A stretch of 64,000 nt of DNA from an uncultured Bacteroidales bacterium (GCA_949297125.1 CASFRS010000024.1:18596-82595), one strand, 5' to 3'. Shown: positions 1 to 10,013, counted from the first letter of the stretch. A program made the numbers and translations. The notes: a model not told the origin generated them from the sequence alone.

Positions 1-16
1 AGAAAATACATTAGAT

Positions 17-1522
17 ATGAGCATTTTATCATTATTCGTACTGATACCGGTTTTGATGTTGGGAGGCCTCTTCCTCTCGCGCAATATAAATCAGGTCAGA
101 ACAGTCGCTACCATCGGTTCCGCGCTGCAACTAATCCTTTCCATAGTATTGGTCGTTCTCTTCTGCGCAGAGCGGAACGCAGGGAACGACGCCGAGATGC
201 TGTTCACGGCCAACCACTTGTGGTATGCGCCGTTGAACATACATTATGCAGTAGGTGTAGACGGCGTATCGGTGTCGATGATACTCCTGTCGGCTATAAT
301 AGTTTTTGCCGGAGTCTTTGCATCATGGAAAATGGACCCTCTGCCCAAGGAGTTCTTCATCTGGCTGATTCTGCTCTCTACCGGAGTATTCGGGTTCTTC
401 ATCTCGATAGACCTTTTCACGATGTTCCTCTTCTACGAGGTTGCGCTGATACCCATGTACCTGCTTATAGGCATATGGGGGAGCGGGCACAAGTTCTATT
501 CGGCCATGAAACTTACGCTTATGCTGATGGGCGGTTCGGCCATACTGATGCTCGGCATACTCGGAATATACTTCAACTCGTCGGCCGACGGCAACCTTAC
601 GATGAATATCCTTGAAATAGCGGAGAACAATGCAATACCGATGAACATGCAGTATCTGCTCTTCCCCCTTACGTTCGTCGGATTCGGCGTCCTCGGGGCG
701 ATGTTCCCGTTCCACACCTGGTCGCCCGACGGTCATGCTTCGGCCCCCACGGCCGTATCGATGCTCCATGCGGGAGTCCTTATGAAACTCGGGGGGTACG
801 GGTGTTTCCGCGTAGCCATGTACCTGATGCCTCAGGCAACCGTAGAATTGTCGTGGATATTCCTTATACTTACAGGAATAAGCGTGGTGTACGGAGCTTT
901 CAGCGCATGCGTGCAGACCGATTTGAAATATATAAACGCGTACTCTTCGGTAAGCCATTGCGGCCTGGTGCTGTTCGCCCTTCTAATGTGGAACACCACG
1001 GCAATGACCGGAGCAGTGATGCAGATGCTTTCGCACGGGTTGATGACGGCCCTCTTCTTTGCCCTTATCGGAATGATATACGGACGTACGCACACGCGCG
1101 ACATCCGTGAGATGGGCGGTCTGATGAAAATAATGCCGTTCCTGGCAGCCTGCTATGTAATAGCCGGTCTCGCTTCGCTCGGTCTGCCGGGCTTGAGCGG
1201 CTTCGTTGCGGAGATGACGATATTCGTGGGCGCATTCCAGTGGTCCGATACGTTCGACAGAGTATTTACGATAATTGCCTGCACGTCGATAGTGATAACT
1301 GCCGTATACATTCTCCGCGTAGTCGGTAAGATTCTGTACGGACCGGTTCAGGACAAGCATCACGAGACCCTCACCGATGCAGTATGGTATGAACGCCTTT
1401 CAACCATAACGCTGATTGTGGCGATAGCCGGAATAGGCCTCCTGCCTTTCTGGATTTCCGACCTGATAAAGGACAGCATGTCGGTAATAAGCGACAGAAT
1501 ACTCCAGTTCCTGCCGCTTTAA
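17..1522 (+). CDS. nuoM: NADH-quinone oxidoreductase subunit M
   Basis: 501-aa polytopic membrane ORF with ATG start. Antiporter-like motifs (SMLHAGVLMKLGGYG, LGLPGLSGFVAE) are typical of complex I chain M/ND4. nuoN follows directly. Confidence 0.92.
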   Translation: MSILSLFVLIPVLMLGGLFLSRNINQVRTVATIGSALQLILSIVLVVLFCAERNAGNDAEMLFTANHLWYAPLNIHYAVGVDGVSVSMILLSAIIVFAGVFASWKMDPLPKEFFIWLILLSTGVFGFFISIDLFTMFLFYEVALIPMYLLIGIWGSGHKFYSAMKLTLMLMGGSAILMLGILGIYFNSSADGNLTMNILEIAENNAIPMNMQYLLFPLTFVGFGVLGAMFPFHTWSPDGHASAPTAVSMLHAGVLMKLGGYGCFRVAMYLMPQATVELSWIFLILTGISVVYGAFSACVQTDLKYINAYSSVSHCGLVLFALLMWNTTAMTGAVMQMLSHGLMTALFFALIGMIYGRTHTRDIREMGGLMKIMPFLAACYVIAGLASLGLPGLSGFVAEMTIFVGAFQWSDTFDRVFTIIACTSIVITAVYILRVVGKILYGPVQDKHHETLTDAVWYERLSTITLIVAIAGIGLLPFWISDLIKDSMSVISDRILQFLPL

Positions 1523-1557
1523 ACAAAATGTGTAATATATAAAGAAACAAGAATAAT

Positions 1558-2985
1558 ATGAATTACTCAGAATTTCTCGGAATGGGAGCGGAGTTGTCGT
1601 TGGTAGTATTGATAATACTCCTGTTCCTTTACGACACATTCGCTCCGTCAAAATGCGGGAAGTACCTGCCGGCAACAGCCATAATACTGCTGGTGCTTCA
1701 AACGCTGTTCATCGGGTTCTCTGAAAATACCGGAGAACAGCTTTTCGGGGGGATGTACGTAAATACCGATATGACGGCGGCAGCCAAAATCATACTGAAT
1801 ATCGGTACTGTGCTCGTCTTCATACAATCCGTGCCGTGGCTTAAGGAAGATGACGTCCGCATCCGTCGCGGGGAGTATTACATACTTACCCTTATGACGC
1901 TTCTCGGTATGTATGTCATGGCATCCTCGCAGAACTTCCTGCTCTTCTTCATAGGTCTGGAAACCGCATCGTTGCCGATGACCGTACTGGTAGCATTCGA
2001 GAAGTACCGCCAGAATTCGTACGAAGCAGCAACGAAGTACCTGTTCTATGCAATATTCTCGTCGGCATTGATGCTGCTCGGACTCTCCTATATATACGGG
2101 GCAGAAGGAACCCTCTATTATGCCGCGTTGGCCCGGACGATAGAAATATCGCCGCTTATGATACTCGGGCTCGTATTCTTCATCGCAGGCATGGGCTTCA
2201 AACTTTCGCTCGTACCCTTCCACCTCTGGACCGCCGATGTATATCAGGGAGCGCCCACAACCGTTACGGCATACCTCTCCGTAATATCGAAAGGGGCTGC
2301 GGCGTTCGCCCTTATGATAGCCCTTACGCAGGTATTCGCCTCGCTCGAGCAGGTATGGTCGTGGACCATGTATGCAATAATAATCCTGACCATAACCGTA
2401 GGTAACCTGTTTGCAATACGCCAGCAGAACATCAAAAGGTTCCTGGCCTTCTCCTCCATATCGCAGGCGGGGTATATAATGCTCGGGATAATGGCGGCCG
2501 ATGCCTATGGAGCTGCATCGCTTCTTTATTATATACTGATATATATATTCTCGAATATCGCCGCCTTTACAGTGGCCGGCGTCATAGAAAGGAAGAGCGG
2601 GAAAATCTGCATAGACGATTACAACGGACTTTACAAGACAAACCCCAAGCTCAGCGTGGTAATGATGCTTGCCATGTTCTCGTTGGGAGGAATACCCCCG
2701 TTTGCCGGATTCTTCAGCAAGTTCTTCATATTCTATGCGGCAGTAGGAGAGGGGTACTACGTATTGGTGCTCATAGCATTGTTGAATACGATAATATCGC
2801 TGTATTACTATCTGCTGGTAGTAAAGGCCATGTTCCTCAAGGAGAATGATGCCCCGATAGCGACTCTGCGTTCTGACGACTATACGCGCACGGCATTGGT
2901 CCTGACTACGGCGGGTGTTATCCTTATAGGTCTGATAAGCCCGGTTTACGACATGTTGTTCAAAACCGCGTCTTTACCGTTTTAA
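1558..2985 (+). CDS. nuoN: NADH-quinone oxidoreductase subunit N
   Basis: 475-aa membrane ORF. LETASLP and FKLSLVPFHLWTADVYQGAPT motifs are typical of chain N/ND2. It starts 35 nt after nuoM and is followed by a strong hairpin. Confidence 0.92.
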   Translation: MNYSEFLGMGAELSLVVLIILLFLYDTFAPSKCGKYLPATAIILLVLQTLFIGFSENTGEQLFGGMYVNTDMTAAAKIILNIGTVLVFIQSVPWLKEDDVRIRRGEYYILTLMTLLGMYVMASSQNFLLFFIGLETASLPMTVLVAFEKYRQNSYEAATKYLFYAIFSSALMLLGLSYIYGAEGTLYYAALARTIEISPLMILGLVFFIAGMGFKLSLVPFHLWTADVYQGAPTTVTAYLSVISKGAAAFALMIALTQVFASLEQVWSWTMYAIIILTITVGNLFAIRQQNIKRFLAFSSISQAGYIMLGIMAADAYGAASLLYYILIYIFSNIAAFTVAGVIERKSGKICIDDYNGLYKTNPKLSVVMMLAMFSLGGIPPFAGFFSKFFIFYAAVGEGYYVLVLIALLNTIISLYYYLLVVKAMFLKENDAPIATLRSDDYTRTALVLTTAGVILIGLISPVYDMLFKTASLPF

Positions 2986-3019
2986 AATAACTTTAACACC
3001 TGATTGTTATATAAATAGC

Positions 3020-3027
3020 TACATTTG
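3020..3027 (+). promoter_or_regulatory. candidate -7 box TACATTTG (Zn-peptidase gene)
   Basis: Exact match to the Bacteroidota primary-sigma -7 consensus TAnnTTTG, 45 nt upstream of the ATG. Confidence 0.5.
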
Positions 3028-3066
3028 TTGCCCGTAAGCCGCATAAATTCCGGCTTGCGGGCAACA
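3026..3066 (+). terminator. strong hairpin after nuoN (also the 5' end of the Zn-peptidase transcript)
   Basis: TGTTGCCCGTAAGCCG / CGGCTTGCGGGCAACA: ~16 bp stem with one G-U pair and a 9-nt loop. No T-tract follows. Confidence 0.5.
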
Positions 3067-3071
3067 CAGTT

Positions 3072-3746
3072 ATGATATATATAATATTTATAGTCTTTGC
3101 ACTGGTAAGTTTTGCAGTGCAGCAAGCTCTGAAGTCGAAATTCAGGAATTATTCGCAGATACCTCTCCCGAACAACCTTACCGGACGTGAAGTGGCGGAA
3201 AAGATGCTGCGCGAGTGCGGCGTTTATGATGTAACGGTAAAATCGGTAGAAGGGGAACTGACCGACCATTACAACCCGCTGACAAGGACCGTTAACCTGA
3301 GCAGCGGCGTATACGGGAGCAACAGCATAGCGGCAGCGGCTGTTGCCGCGCACGAATGCGGCCATGCCGTACAGCATGCGGTAAAATACCCCTTCTTGCA
3401 GTTACGTTCGAGTCTTGTACCGGTAATAAGTTTTGCATCGCAGTGGGTACAGTGGATATTGTTGGCAGGGATTCTTATGCTCCAGACCTTCCCGCAGCTG
3501 ATGTTTATAGGAATAGTGCTCTTTGCCGCAACGACGCTGTTCAGTTTCATAACCCTGCCGGTGGAGGTAAACGCCAGCAGCAGGGCCCTTGCGTGGCTCT
3601 CTTCTTCGGGCATATGCAATGTCAATACGTACCCTAAGGCGAAGGATGCACTCACATGGGCTGCATACACCTATGTCGTAGCGGCATTGAGTTCCCTGGC
3701 GACCCTGGTATATTATATCCTGATATTTACTTCGCGCAGGGACTGA
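3072..3746 (+). CDS. putative neutral zinc metallopeptidase (Zn_peptidase_2-like membrane protein)
   Basis: 224 aa. Has LTGREVAEKML, LTDHYNP and the HExxH motif 'AAHECGHAVQH', with TM segments at the N- and C-termini. Own TAcaTTTG box upstream. Confidence 0.85.
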   Translation: MIYIIFIVFALVSFAVQQALKSKFRNYSQIPLPNNLTGREVAEKMLRECGVYDVTVKSVEGELTDHYNPLTRTVNLSSGVYGSNSIAAAAVAAHECGHAVQHAVKYPFLQLRSSLVPVISFASQWVQWILLAGILMLQTFPQLMFIGIVLFAATTLFSFITLPVEVNASSRALAWLSSSGICNVNTYPKAKDALTWAAYTYVVAALSSLATLVYYILIFTSRRD

Positions 3747-3807
3747 AAGTTGCGGGTGCAGTGGCAGAGCGAGGCCGGCTGGAGGAAGGGAATCGCGGCG
3801 GTCCCGG

Positions 3808-4491
3808 TCAGTTAAGCCCGGCAACGTATTCTTGAAGTTTGTCCCTGTTGCTGAAATACAGCCCGTGAGAATCGTACGTAAGTAATCCGTTAGCCTTCAT
3901 GTCGTTAAGGATATCGATATATATCGATCTCTGTATCCCGAAGAACGAGTATAGGTCGCGGTGTTTGCACGTAATCCTTATGTCGCTCGATTTATATTGC
4001 GTATAAGTCAGTACGAACTGGCACAGACGTTCCTTTATGCTGTTGGACGAGATGTTCCTGAAAGCCCCTATCGTACTGTGGGTCTTGTGGGAAATCATGT
4101 TTATGTAGTTCAGCAGAATTATCCTGTCCCTTTGCAGCAGGTCTATGAAAGCCTGTTTGTTCAGTTGCATTATGCCGGCATCCTCGATGGCGTACATGGA
4201 TACCGGAGAATACGGCATGCTGCCGAAAAGGTGGTTGCCGATAAGGACATTCGGGGCTGTAATCGTTTCGGTAATCCGCATTTTCTTAAAATTGCTGAAA
4301 TTCTCGGAGCGGACCGATCCTGAAATCAGGAACTTTATGTCGTTGCACGGTTCGTTTTCAAAAATAAGTTGTTCGCCGGGCAGATATTTCAGGAAATGGA
4401 ATCTTGTATTTCCAAGTATTTCGTCGAATCTGTTTCTGGCCAATCCCTGAAACGTCGGTATCTGCAGTAGGGTATCGTATATGCTGTCCAT
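3808..4491 (-). CDS. Crp/Fnr family transcriptional regulator
   Basis: 227 aa. N-terminal cNMP-binding-like beta-roll (YLPGEQLIFENEPCNDIKFLISGSVR) and a C-terminal HTH region (RDLYSFFGIQRSIYIDILNDMKANGLL). Divergent from the glycogen cluster. Confidence 0.8.
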   Translation of the reverse strand: MDSIYDTLLQIPTFQGLARNRFDEILGNTRFHFLKYLPGEQLIFENEPCNDIKFLISGSVRSENFSNFKKMRITETITAPNVLIGNHLFGSMPYSPVSMYAIEDAGIMQLNKQAFIDLLQRDRIILLNYINMISHKTHSTIGAFRNISSNSIKERLCQFVLTYTQYKSSDIRITCKHRDLYSFFGIQRSIYIDILNDMKANGLLTYDSHGLYFSNRDKLQEYVAGLN

Positions 4492-5287
4492 AGCGTTAAT
4501 TCATCATGGTTAGGATCCTGCAAACAAGGATAAAATGAGAGTTCTGTTAGAATATGTAAAACCGAAACAACATATATGTCTGTTTATTTGTAAAGGACTC
4601 TAAGGTGTTAAAAAATAGATATTCCAGACCATCAATATATACGGTCGGAAATTTCCGATGTGAATTTACAAATTATTTTGCGTAAGTGCAAATAATTGAA
4701 AATTGCAAAATACGATAAATTGCCGCAGTTTTGGTTTTAATGAGTTTATATGCACAACAGATTTTGTGTGTTTACAAATAAAATGTAAGTTATAGTGCCC
4801 TATTTGTTAGAAAGTTATATCCGAAGTCCTGCGCACGGGCAGTTCTTCTGTTGTATTATGATTATATAACAAAACAAACATTTATTTTTTAATTTTTTAA
4901 AAATACAAATTTACAGATAACCCACTTTATCATAAAATACATCAACATGTATGCATATTGGTTTCGCGCGAAAGTTGCGAAAAAGGACGGTTAATTGTGT
5001 GCGGACCGACATCGATAAGAGAGTAAATATTTGCACGTTTTATATATATCAGTGATACAATAGGTTATAGGCAGATTATGCAGGATTCCCGTCTTGCGGG
5101 CGGCAAAAGCGGAGTGTGGCGAAGTCTGTCCGGAGACGGGCGGGTACAAAAACGGGCAACATTAAAAGTGTAACAAAATATAAATATAAAATTTGGAAAG
5201 TAGAAAAATAAAAATTATTTTAGCAGAAAATAAAAACACAAAAATCGAGGCAGACCTAAAGCCTACCTACAGAAAAATGCGTATGAT

Positions 5288-7240
5288 ATGAGTTACTTGA
5301 AGTTTGACAAAAGTCTGATGATAAATCTGGAGCAATCGCTGCAGAGAGAAATTCTGAGAACCAACAAGTCCGGTGCATACCATTGTACCACAATTGTCGG
5401 GTGTAATACGCGCAAGCAGCACGGATTGCTGGTTATTCCCATCCCCGAGATGGATGACGACAACCATGTGATGCTCTCCTCCCTTGACGAGACCGTAATA
5501 CAGCACGGGGCGCCGTTTAATTTGGGAATCCACAAGTATCAGGGAAACGTTTACAGCCCCAACGGACACAAGTACATCAGGGAGTTCGATTGCGACGAGG
5601 TGCCCAAAACCGTATTCAGGGTAGGAGGCGTAATATTGAGCAAGGTGAAGATATTCATATCGCATGAGAACAGGATACTTATAAAGTACACGTTGATTGA
5701 TGCGCATTCCGAAACGACGCTGCAGTTCCGTCCGTTCCTCGCATTCCGAAACGCCAATGACATTTGTGTGGAGAACGACATGCTCAACAAGGAGTACCGC
5801 CAGGAAAACGGCGGCGTAAGTTTCTGCCTCTACCAGGGGTATCCCCGCCTGTACATGCAGTTCAACAAGCAGGTAGAGTTCGTCAGCGACCCGCACTGGT
5901 ACAACGGCATAGAATATACAAAAGATCAGGAGCGCGGCTACTCCTACCGCGAGGACCTGTATGTCCCCGGGTATTTCCAGATGCCGATAAAAAAAGGGGA
6001 GAGCATAATCTTCTCGGCAGGAGTGAGCGATGTGGACATAAACAGCCTTTCTGCAATGTACGACAAGGAACTCGAAAGCCGTACATACCGCAGTTCGTTC
6101 TACAACTGTCTCAAGAACTCGGCGCAGCAGTTCTATCTGAAGCGCGATGACAAATATTACCTGTTGCCCGGTTATCCGTGGTTCAAGGTACGCGCACGCG
6201 ACACATTCATAGCTGCTCCCGGATGTTCGCTTTACGTCGGCGACGAGCCCGTATTCCACAAGATAATGGATACTGCACTGAAAGCCCTCGACGCCTATAT
6301 AACCGACGGCGAGACGGACAGGATGATAAAGGGAATAGAACAGCCCGATGTCCCGCTGTGGGCGATATGGGCCATACAGCAGTATGCCTCGGCCACTTCG
6401 CTCGAGAAGTGCATGAAGACTTATGGCGCAATAGTGGAAAAGATAATATTCCATATAATCTGCTCATCGCACCCCAACCTGTTCGTGCATGAAAACGGGT
6501 TGCTTTACAGCGACGGCCGCGAGCGTTCCATATCGTGGATGGCCACACTGGCCGAGGGAGGCCGTCCGGCAACTCCGCGAACCGGATATCTCGTAGAATT
6601 CAATGCATTGTGGTATAATGCGTTGAAGTTCTACCTGTCGCTGATAAAGAACGAGCCGAACAAGGATATATACAGGGAAAAGGCGTCCGATCTGGCGGCC
6701 AAGATAGATATATCGTTCAGGGAGACGTTCCTTAACCAGTATGGTTATCTTTACGACTATGTAGACGGCGGTTACTGCGAGTTGAGCGTACGTCCCAACA
6801 TGGTGTTTGCACTGTCGCTGGAATATTCGCCGCTTGACAGGAAAGAGCGCAAGGGAGTGCTCGATGTCATAACCCGCGAGTTGCTTACTCCCAAAGGGCT
6901 CAGGACGCTCAGTCCGAAAAGTTACGGATACCGTCCGGTATACTACGGCCATCGTCCTGAGCGCGAGCAGGCCTATTATCAGGGACCGGCGCGCCCGTGG
7001 CTAATGGGGGCATATGCCGAGGCGTACCTGAAGATACTCGGCATGAGCGGCGTCTCCTTTATAGAAAGGATGCTGATAGGGTTTGAGGAAGATATGTCGA
7101 ACAACTGTATAGGGACGATATCCGAACTGTTCGACGGCAATCCCCCGTATACCGGCAGAGGCGGAATAAGTTACGCCGTAAATGTCGCCGAAATACTGAG
7201 AGTGCTTGATTTATTGAAGAAATATAACAACAATATATGA
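5288..7240 (+). CDS. glycogen debranching enzyme-like protein (amylo-alpha-1,6-glucosidase family)
   Basis: 650 aa. The N-terminus (REILRTNKSGAYHCTTIVGCNTRKQHGLLV) and the C-terminal (alpha/alpha)6-type region (GPARPWLMGAY...ELFDGNPPY) look like bacterial/archaeal GDE. First gene of a GDE-GT4-GH57 cluster. Confidence 0.85.
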   Translation: MSYLKFDKSLMINLEQSLQREILRTNKSGAYHCTTIVGCNTRKQHGLLVIPIPEMDDDNHVMLSSLDETVIQHGAPFNLGIHKYQGNVYSPNGHKYIREFDCDEVPKTVFRVGGVILSKVKIFISHENRILIKYTLIDAHSETTLQFRPFLAFRNANDICVENDMLNKEYRQENGGVSFCLYQGYPRLYMQFNKQVEFVSDPHWYNGIEYTKDQERGYSYREDLYVPGYFQMPIKKGESIIFSAGVSDVDINSLSAMYDKELESRTYRSSFYNCLKNSAQQFYLKRDDKYYLLPGYPWFKVRARDTFIAAPGCSLYVGDEPVFHKIMDTALKALDAYITDGETDRMIKGIEQPDVPLWAIWAIQQYASATSLEKCMKTYGAIVEKIIFHIICSSHPNLFVHENGLLYSDGRERSISWMATLAEGGRPATPRTGYLVEFNALWYNALKFYLSLIKNEPNKDIYREKASDLAAKIDISFRETFLNQYGYLYDYVDGGYCELSVRPNMVFALSLEYSPLDRKERKGVLDVITRELLTPKGLRTLSPKSYGYRPVYYGHRPEREQAYYQGPARPWLMGAYAEAYLKILGMSGVSFIERMLIGFEEDMSNNCIGTISELFDGNPPYTGRGGISYAVNVAEILRVLDLLKKYNNNI

Positions 7241-7244
7241 TTTT

Positions 7245-8507
7245 ATGAGAGCTTTAATGTTCGGTTGGGAGTTTCCGCCCCATATATTGGGAGGCCTCGG
7301 TACGGCAAGCTTCGGACTAACCAAAGGAATGGCAAAGTGCGGCGATATAGACATCACATTCGTCATCCCCAAGCCGTGGGGAGATGAAGACCGCAGTTTT
7401 GCGCACATAATAGGGGCAAACACCACCCCCATAGTATGGCGCGATGTAGATTGGAACACTGTTGCTTCGCAAATAGGGAACACTTGCGACCCGCAGTTGT
7501 ATTACGACCTGCGCGACCACATATATGCCGATTTCAGCTATCGGTACACTAACAGTCTGGGTTGCATAGAGTTTTCGGGACGTTACCCCGACAATCTGCT
7601 TGAAGAGATAAACAACTATTCGATAGTGGCGGGCGTGATAGCGCGTACCATACCGTGCGATGTAATCCACTCGCACGACTGGCTTACGTACCCTGCCGGA
7701 ATACATGCCAAGTCGGTAACGGGCAAGCCCCTTGTGATACACGTGCACGCAACGGACTTTGACCGCAGCCGCGGAAACGTGAACCCCGACGTATACCGTA
7801 TAGAAAGGGACGGGATGGAGCATGCCGACCACATAATAACAGTAAGCAACCTTACCCGGAATACGGTAATAGAGAAGTACGGCATCAACCCCGATAAGGT
7901 AACCACGGTGCACAATGCGGTTGAACCGTTGAGCCCCGATATCATGGCCATACAGATGCCGCGCAATCCAAAGGAGAAGGTCGTAACCTTCCTTGGCCGC
8001 ATTACCATGCAGAAAGGCCCCGAGTACTTTGTCGAGGCCGCAGCGCAGGTGTTGCGCAAAACGAACAACGTGCGGTTTGTCATGGCCGGCAGCGGCGACA
8101 TGATGAACAAGATGATACGTCTGGTGGCCATGCGCGGCATAGCGGACCACTTCCATTTCACCGGCTTCCTGAAAGGGAAACAGGTGTACGAGATGTTGAA
8201 GTCGAGCGATGTTTATGTGATGCCGTCGGTATCCGAACCGTTCGGAATTTCCCCGCTCGAGGCGATGCAGGTGGGCGTACCGTCCATAATATCCAAGCAG
8301 TCGGGTTGTGCCGAGATTCTCAACAACGTGGTGAAAGTGGACTACTGGGATGTAGACGCAATGGCCGATGCCATGTATTCGATAATTACCTACCAGGGCA
8401 TGTATAACCAGATGAAGGTGGAAGGCAAGCGCGAGGTGGATGAAATAAAATGGGAATATGCCGGCGCCAAGGTAATAGACATATATCATAAAGTAATGCA
8501 GTGGTAA
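7245..8507 (+). CDS. GT4-family glycosyltransferase (glycogen synthase-like)
   Basis: 420 aa. Begins 4 nt after the GDE stop. N-terminal 'FGWEFPPHILGGLGTA' and a C-terminal GT-B region (MPSVSEPFGISPLEAMQVGVP) typical of GT4/glycogen synthases. Confidence 0.85.
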   Translation: MRALMFGWEFPPHILGGLGTASFGLTKGMAKCGDIDITFVIPKPWGDEDRSFAHIIGANTTPIVWRDVDWNTVASQIGNTCDPQLYYDLRDHIYADFSYRYTNSLGCIEFSGRYPDNLLEEINNYSIVAGVIARTIPCDVIHSHDWLTYPAGIHAKSVTGKPLVIHVHATDFDRSRGNVNPDVYRIERDGMEHADHIITVSNLTRNTVIEKYGINPDKVTTVHNAVEPLSPDIMAIQMPRNPKEKVVTFLGRITMQKGPEYFVEAAAQVLRKTNNVRFVMAGSGDMMNKMIRLVAMRGIADHFHFTGFLKGKQVYEMLKSSDVYVMPSVSEPFGISPLEAMQVGVPSIISKQSGCAEILNNVVKVDYWDVDAMADAMYSIITYQGMYNQMKVEGKREVDEIKWEYAGAKVIDIYHKVMQW

Positions 8508-8529
8508 AAACATTAAAAAACGCAATAAG

Positions 8530-9918
8530 ATGAGAACAATCTGTTTCTATTTTCAAATTCATCAGCCGTTCCGTTTGAAACGCTATCGTTTTTTCGATAT
8601 AGGAAACGACCATTATTACTATGACGACTTCAACAACGAAGAGATAATACGTCGCATAGCGCAGCGTTCATATCTGCCGGCCAACCAGGCCATACTGGAT
8701 ATGATAAAGAGTTCCGGCGGCAAGTTCAAGGTGGCATTCTCCATATCGGGCGTGGCTCTCGAGCAGTTGGAGATGTATGTACCCGAGTTTATCGACTCCA
8801 TGCGCGAGATGGTGAAGACCGGGTGCGTGGAATTGCTTTCCGAAACCTACGCCCACTCCCTCGCTTCGCTGGTGGACAACGAGGAGTTCATAAACCAGAT
8901 AAAGGCGCACGACGACAAGATAGAGATGCTTTTCGGCCAAAGGCCCAAAGTGTTCCGCAATACCGAGCTGATATACTCCGACGACATAGCCGCCGTAGTT
9001 GCCTCCCTCGGCTTCAAGGGGATAATAACCGAAGGTGCGCGCCACATACTCGGGTGGAAGAGCCCCAACTACCTCTATACTCCGGTAACGGCACCCAAGG
9101 TAAAGCTGCTGCTCAAGAACTACAAGTTGAGCGACGACATTACATTCCGCTTCTCCAACTACTCGTGGAGCGAATACCCGTTGACGGCCGACAAATATAT
9201 AGGGTGGATAGCTTCGTTGCCCGAAAGGGAAGAAGTCGTGAACCTCTTCATGACGTACGATACCCTCGGGGAGTTGCAGTCGTCCAATTCCGGAATATTT
9301 GAATTCCTGAAAGCCCTTCCGGTATTTGCGGAAGAGAAGGGGATAACATTCTCCACGCCGTCAGAGGTATTGGCGAAACTCAAGCCCGTGGATGTCATAT
9401 CGGTAAACGTTCCCATATCATGGGCCGACGAAGAGAGGGATACCTCGGCATGGCTCGGGAACGTGCTGCAGCAGGAGGCATTCAACAAACTCTATTCGGT
9501 GGCCGAACGCGTAAGGCTTTGCGATGACATGCGCCTGAAACAGGACTGGAACTATCTGCAGACGTCCGACCACTTCTACTATATGTGTACGAAGCACTTC
9601 GACGACGGCGCGGTTCACAGCCATTACAGCCCGTACGATTCGGCATATGAGGCCTTTACCAACTATATGAACGTGCTCAGCGATTTCATCGTGCGTGTGA
9701 AGGAGCAGTATCCCGATTCGATAGACAACGAAGAGCTGAACTCCCTTATAATAACCATAAGGAACCAGGCTTCCGAAATAGAGATGCTGAAAAAAGAGCT
9801 TACTTCGGCCAAGAACAACCTTGCGGCAGCAAAGGGCAAGGCCGCAAAAGAGGCGGAAGAGAAGAAACCGGCAGCCCCCAAGAAAAAGCGCGTTGCAAAG
9901 GCCAAGGGAGAAGAGTAG
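8530..9918 (+). CDS. glycoside hydrolase family 57 (alpha-amylase/branching-type) with Lys-rich C-terminal tail
   Basis: 462 aa. The N-terminal 'ICFYFQIHQPFRLKRY' and TEGARH.. region are typical of GH57. The C-terminal ~65 aa are coiled-coil plus a KKPAAPKKKRVAKAKGEE tail. Confidence 0.88.
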   Translation: MRTICFYFQIHQPFRLKRYRFFDIGNDHYYYDDFNNEEIIRRIAQRSYLPANQAILDMIKSSGGKFKVAFSISGVALEQLEMYVPEFIDSMREMVKTGCVELLSETYAHSLASLVDNEEFINQIKAHDDKIEMLFGQRPKVFRNTELIYSDDIAAVVASLGFKGIITEGARHILGWKSPNYLYTPVTAPKVKLLLKNYKLSDDITFRFSNYSWSEYPLTADKYIGWIASLPEREEVVNLFMTYDTLGELQSSNSGIFEFLKALPVFAEEKGITFSTPSEVLAKLKPVDVISVNVPISWADEERDTSAWLGNVLQQEAFNKLYSVAERVRLCDDMRLKQDWNYLQTSDHFYYMCTKHFDDGAVHSHYSPYDSAYEAFTNYMNVLSDFIVRVKEQYPDSIDNEELNSLIITIRNQASEIEMLKKELTSAKNNLAAAKGKAAKEAEEKKPAAPKKKRVAKAKGEE

Positions 9919-9956
9919 CGTATAAAACTCCGGCCCTGAGGGCCTGCCTATAAACA

Positions 9957-10013
9957 AGACGGAGGAAAGACAAATCCGGAAATATCCGGAAATCCTTTCC
10001 TCCGTCTCTTTTT
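9957..10013. terminator. hairpin terminator between convergent GH57 and OmpA-like genes
   Basis: AGACGGAGGAAAG / CTTTCCTCCGTCT: 13-bp perfect stem followed by CTTTTTAT. Confidence 0.7.

Noticed and set aside
5078-5173. 31-codon ORF (MQDSRLAGGKSGVWRSLSGDGRVQKRATLKV) covering the GC-rich island upstream of the glycogen cluster
   Set aside because: It is too short and unsupported: there is no promoter box and no conservation data. It is kept only as a note within the AT-rich-region finding.
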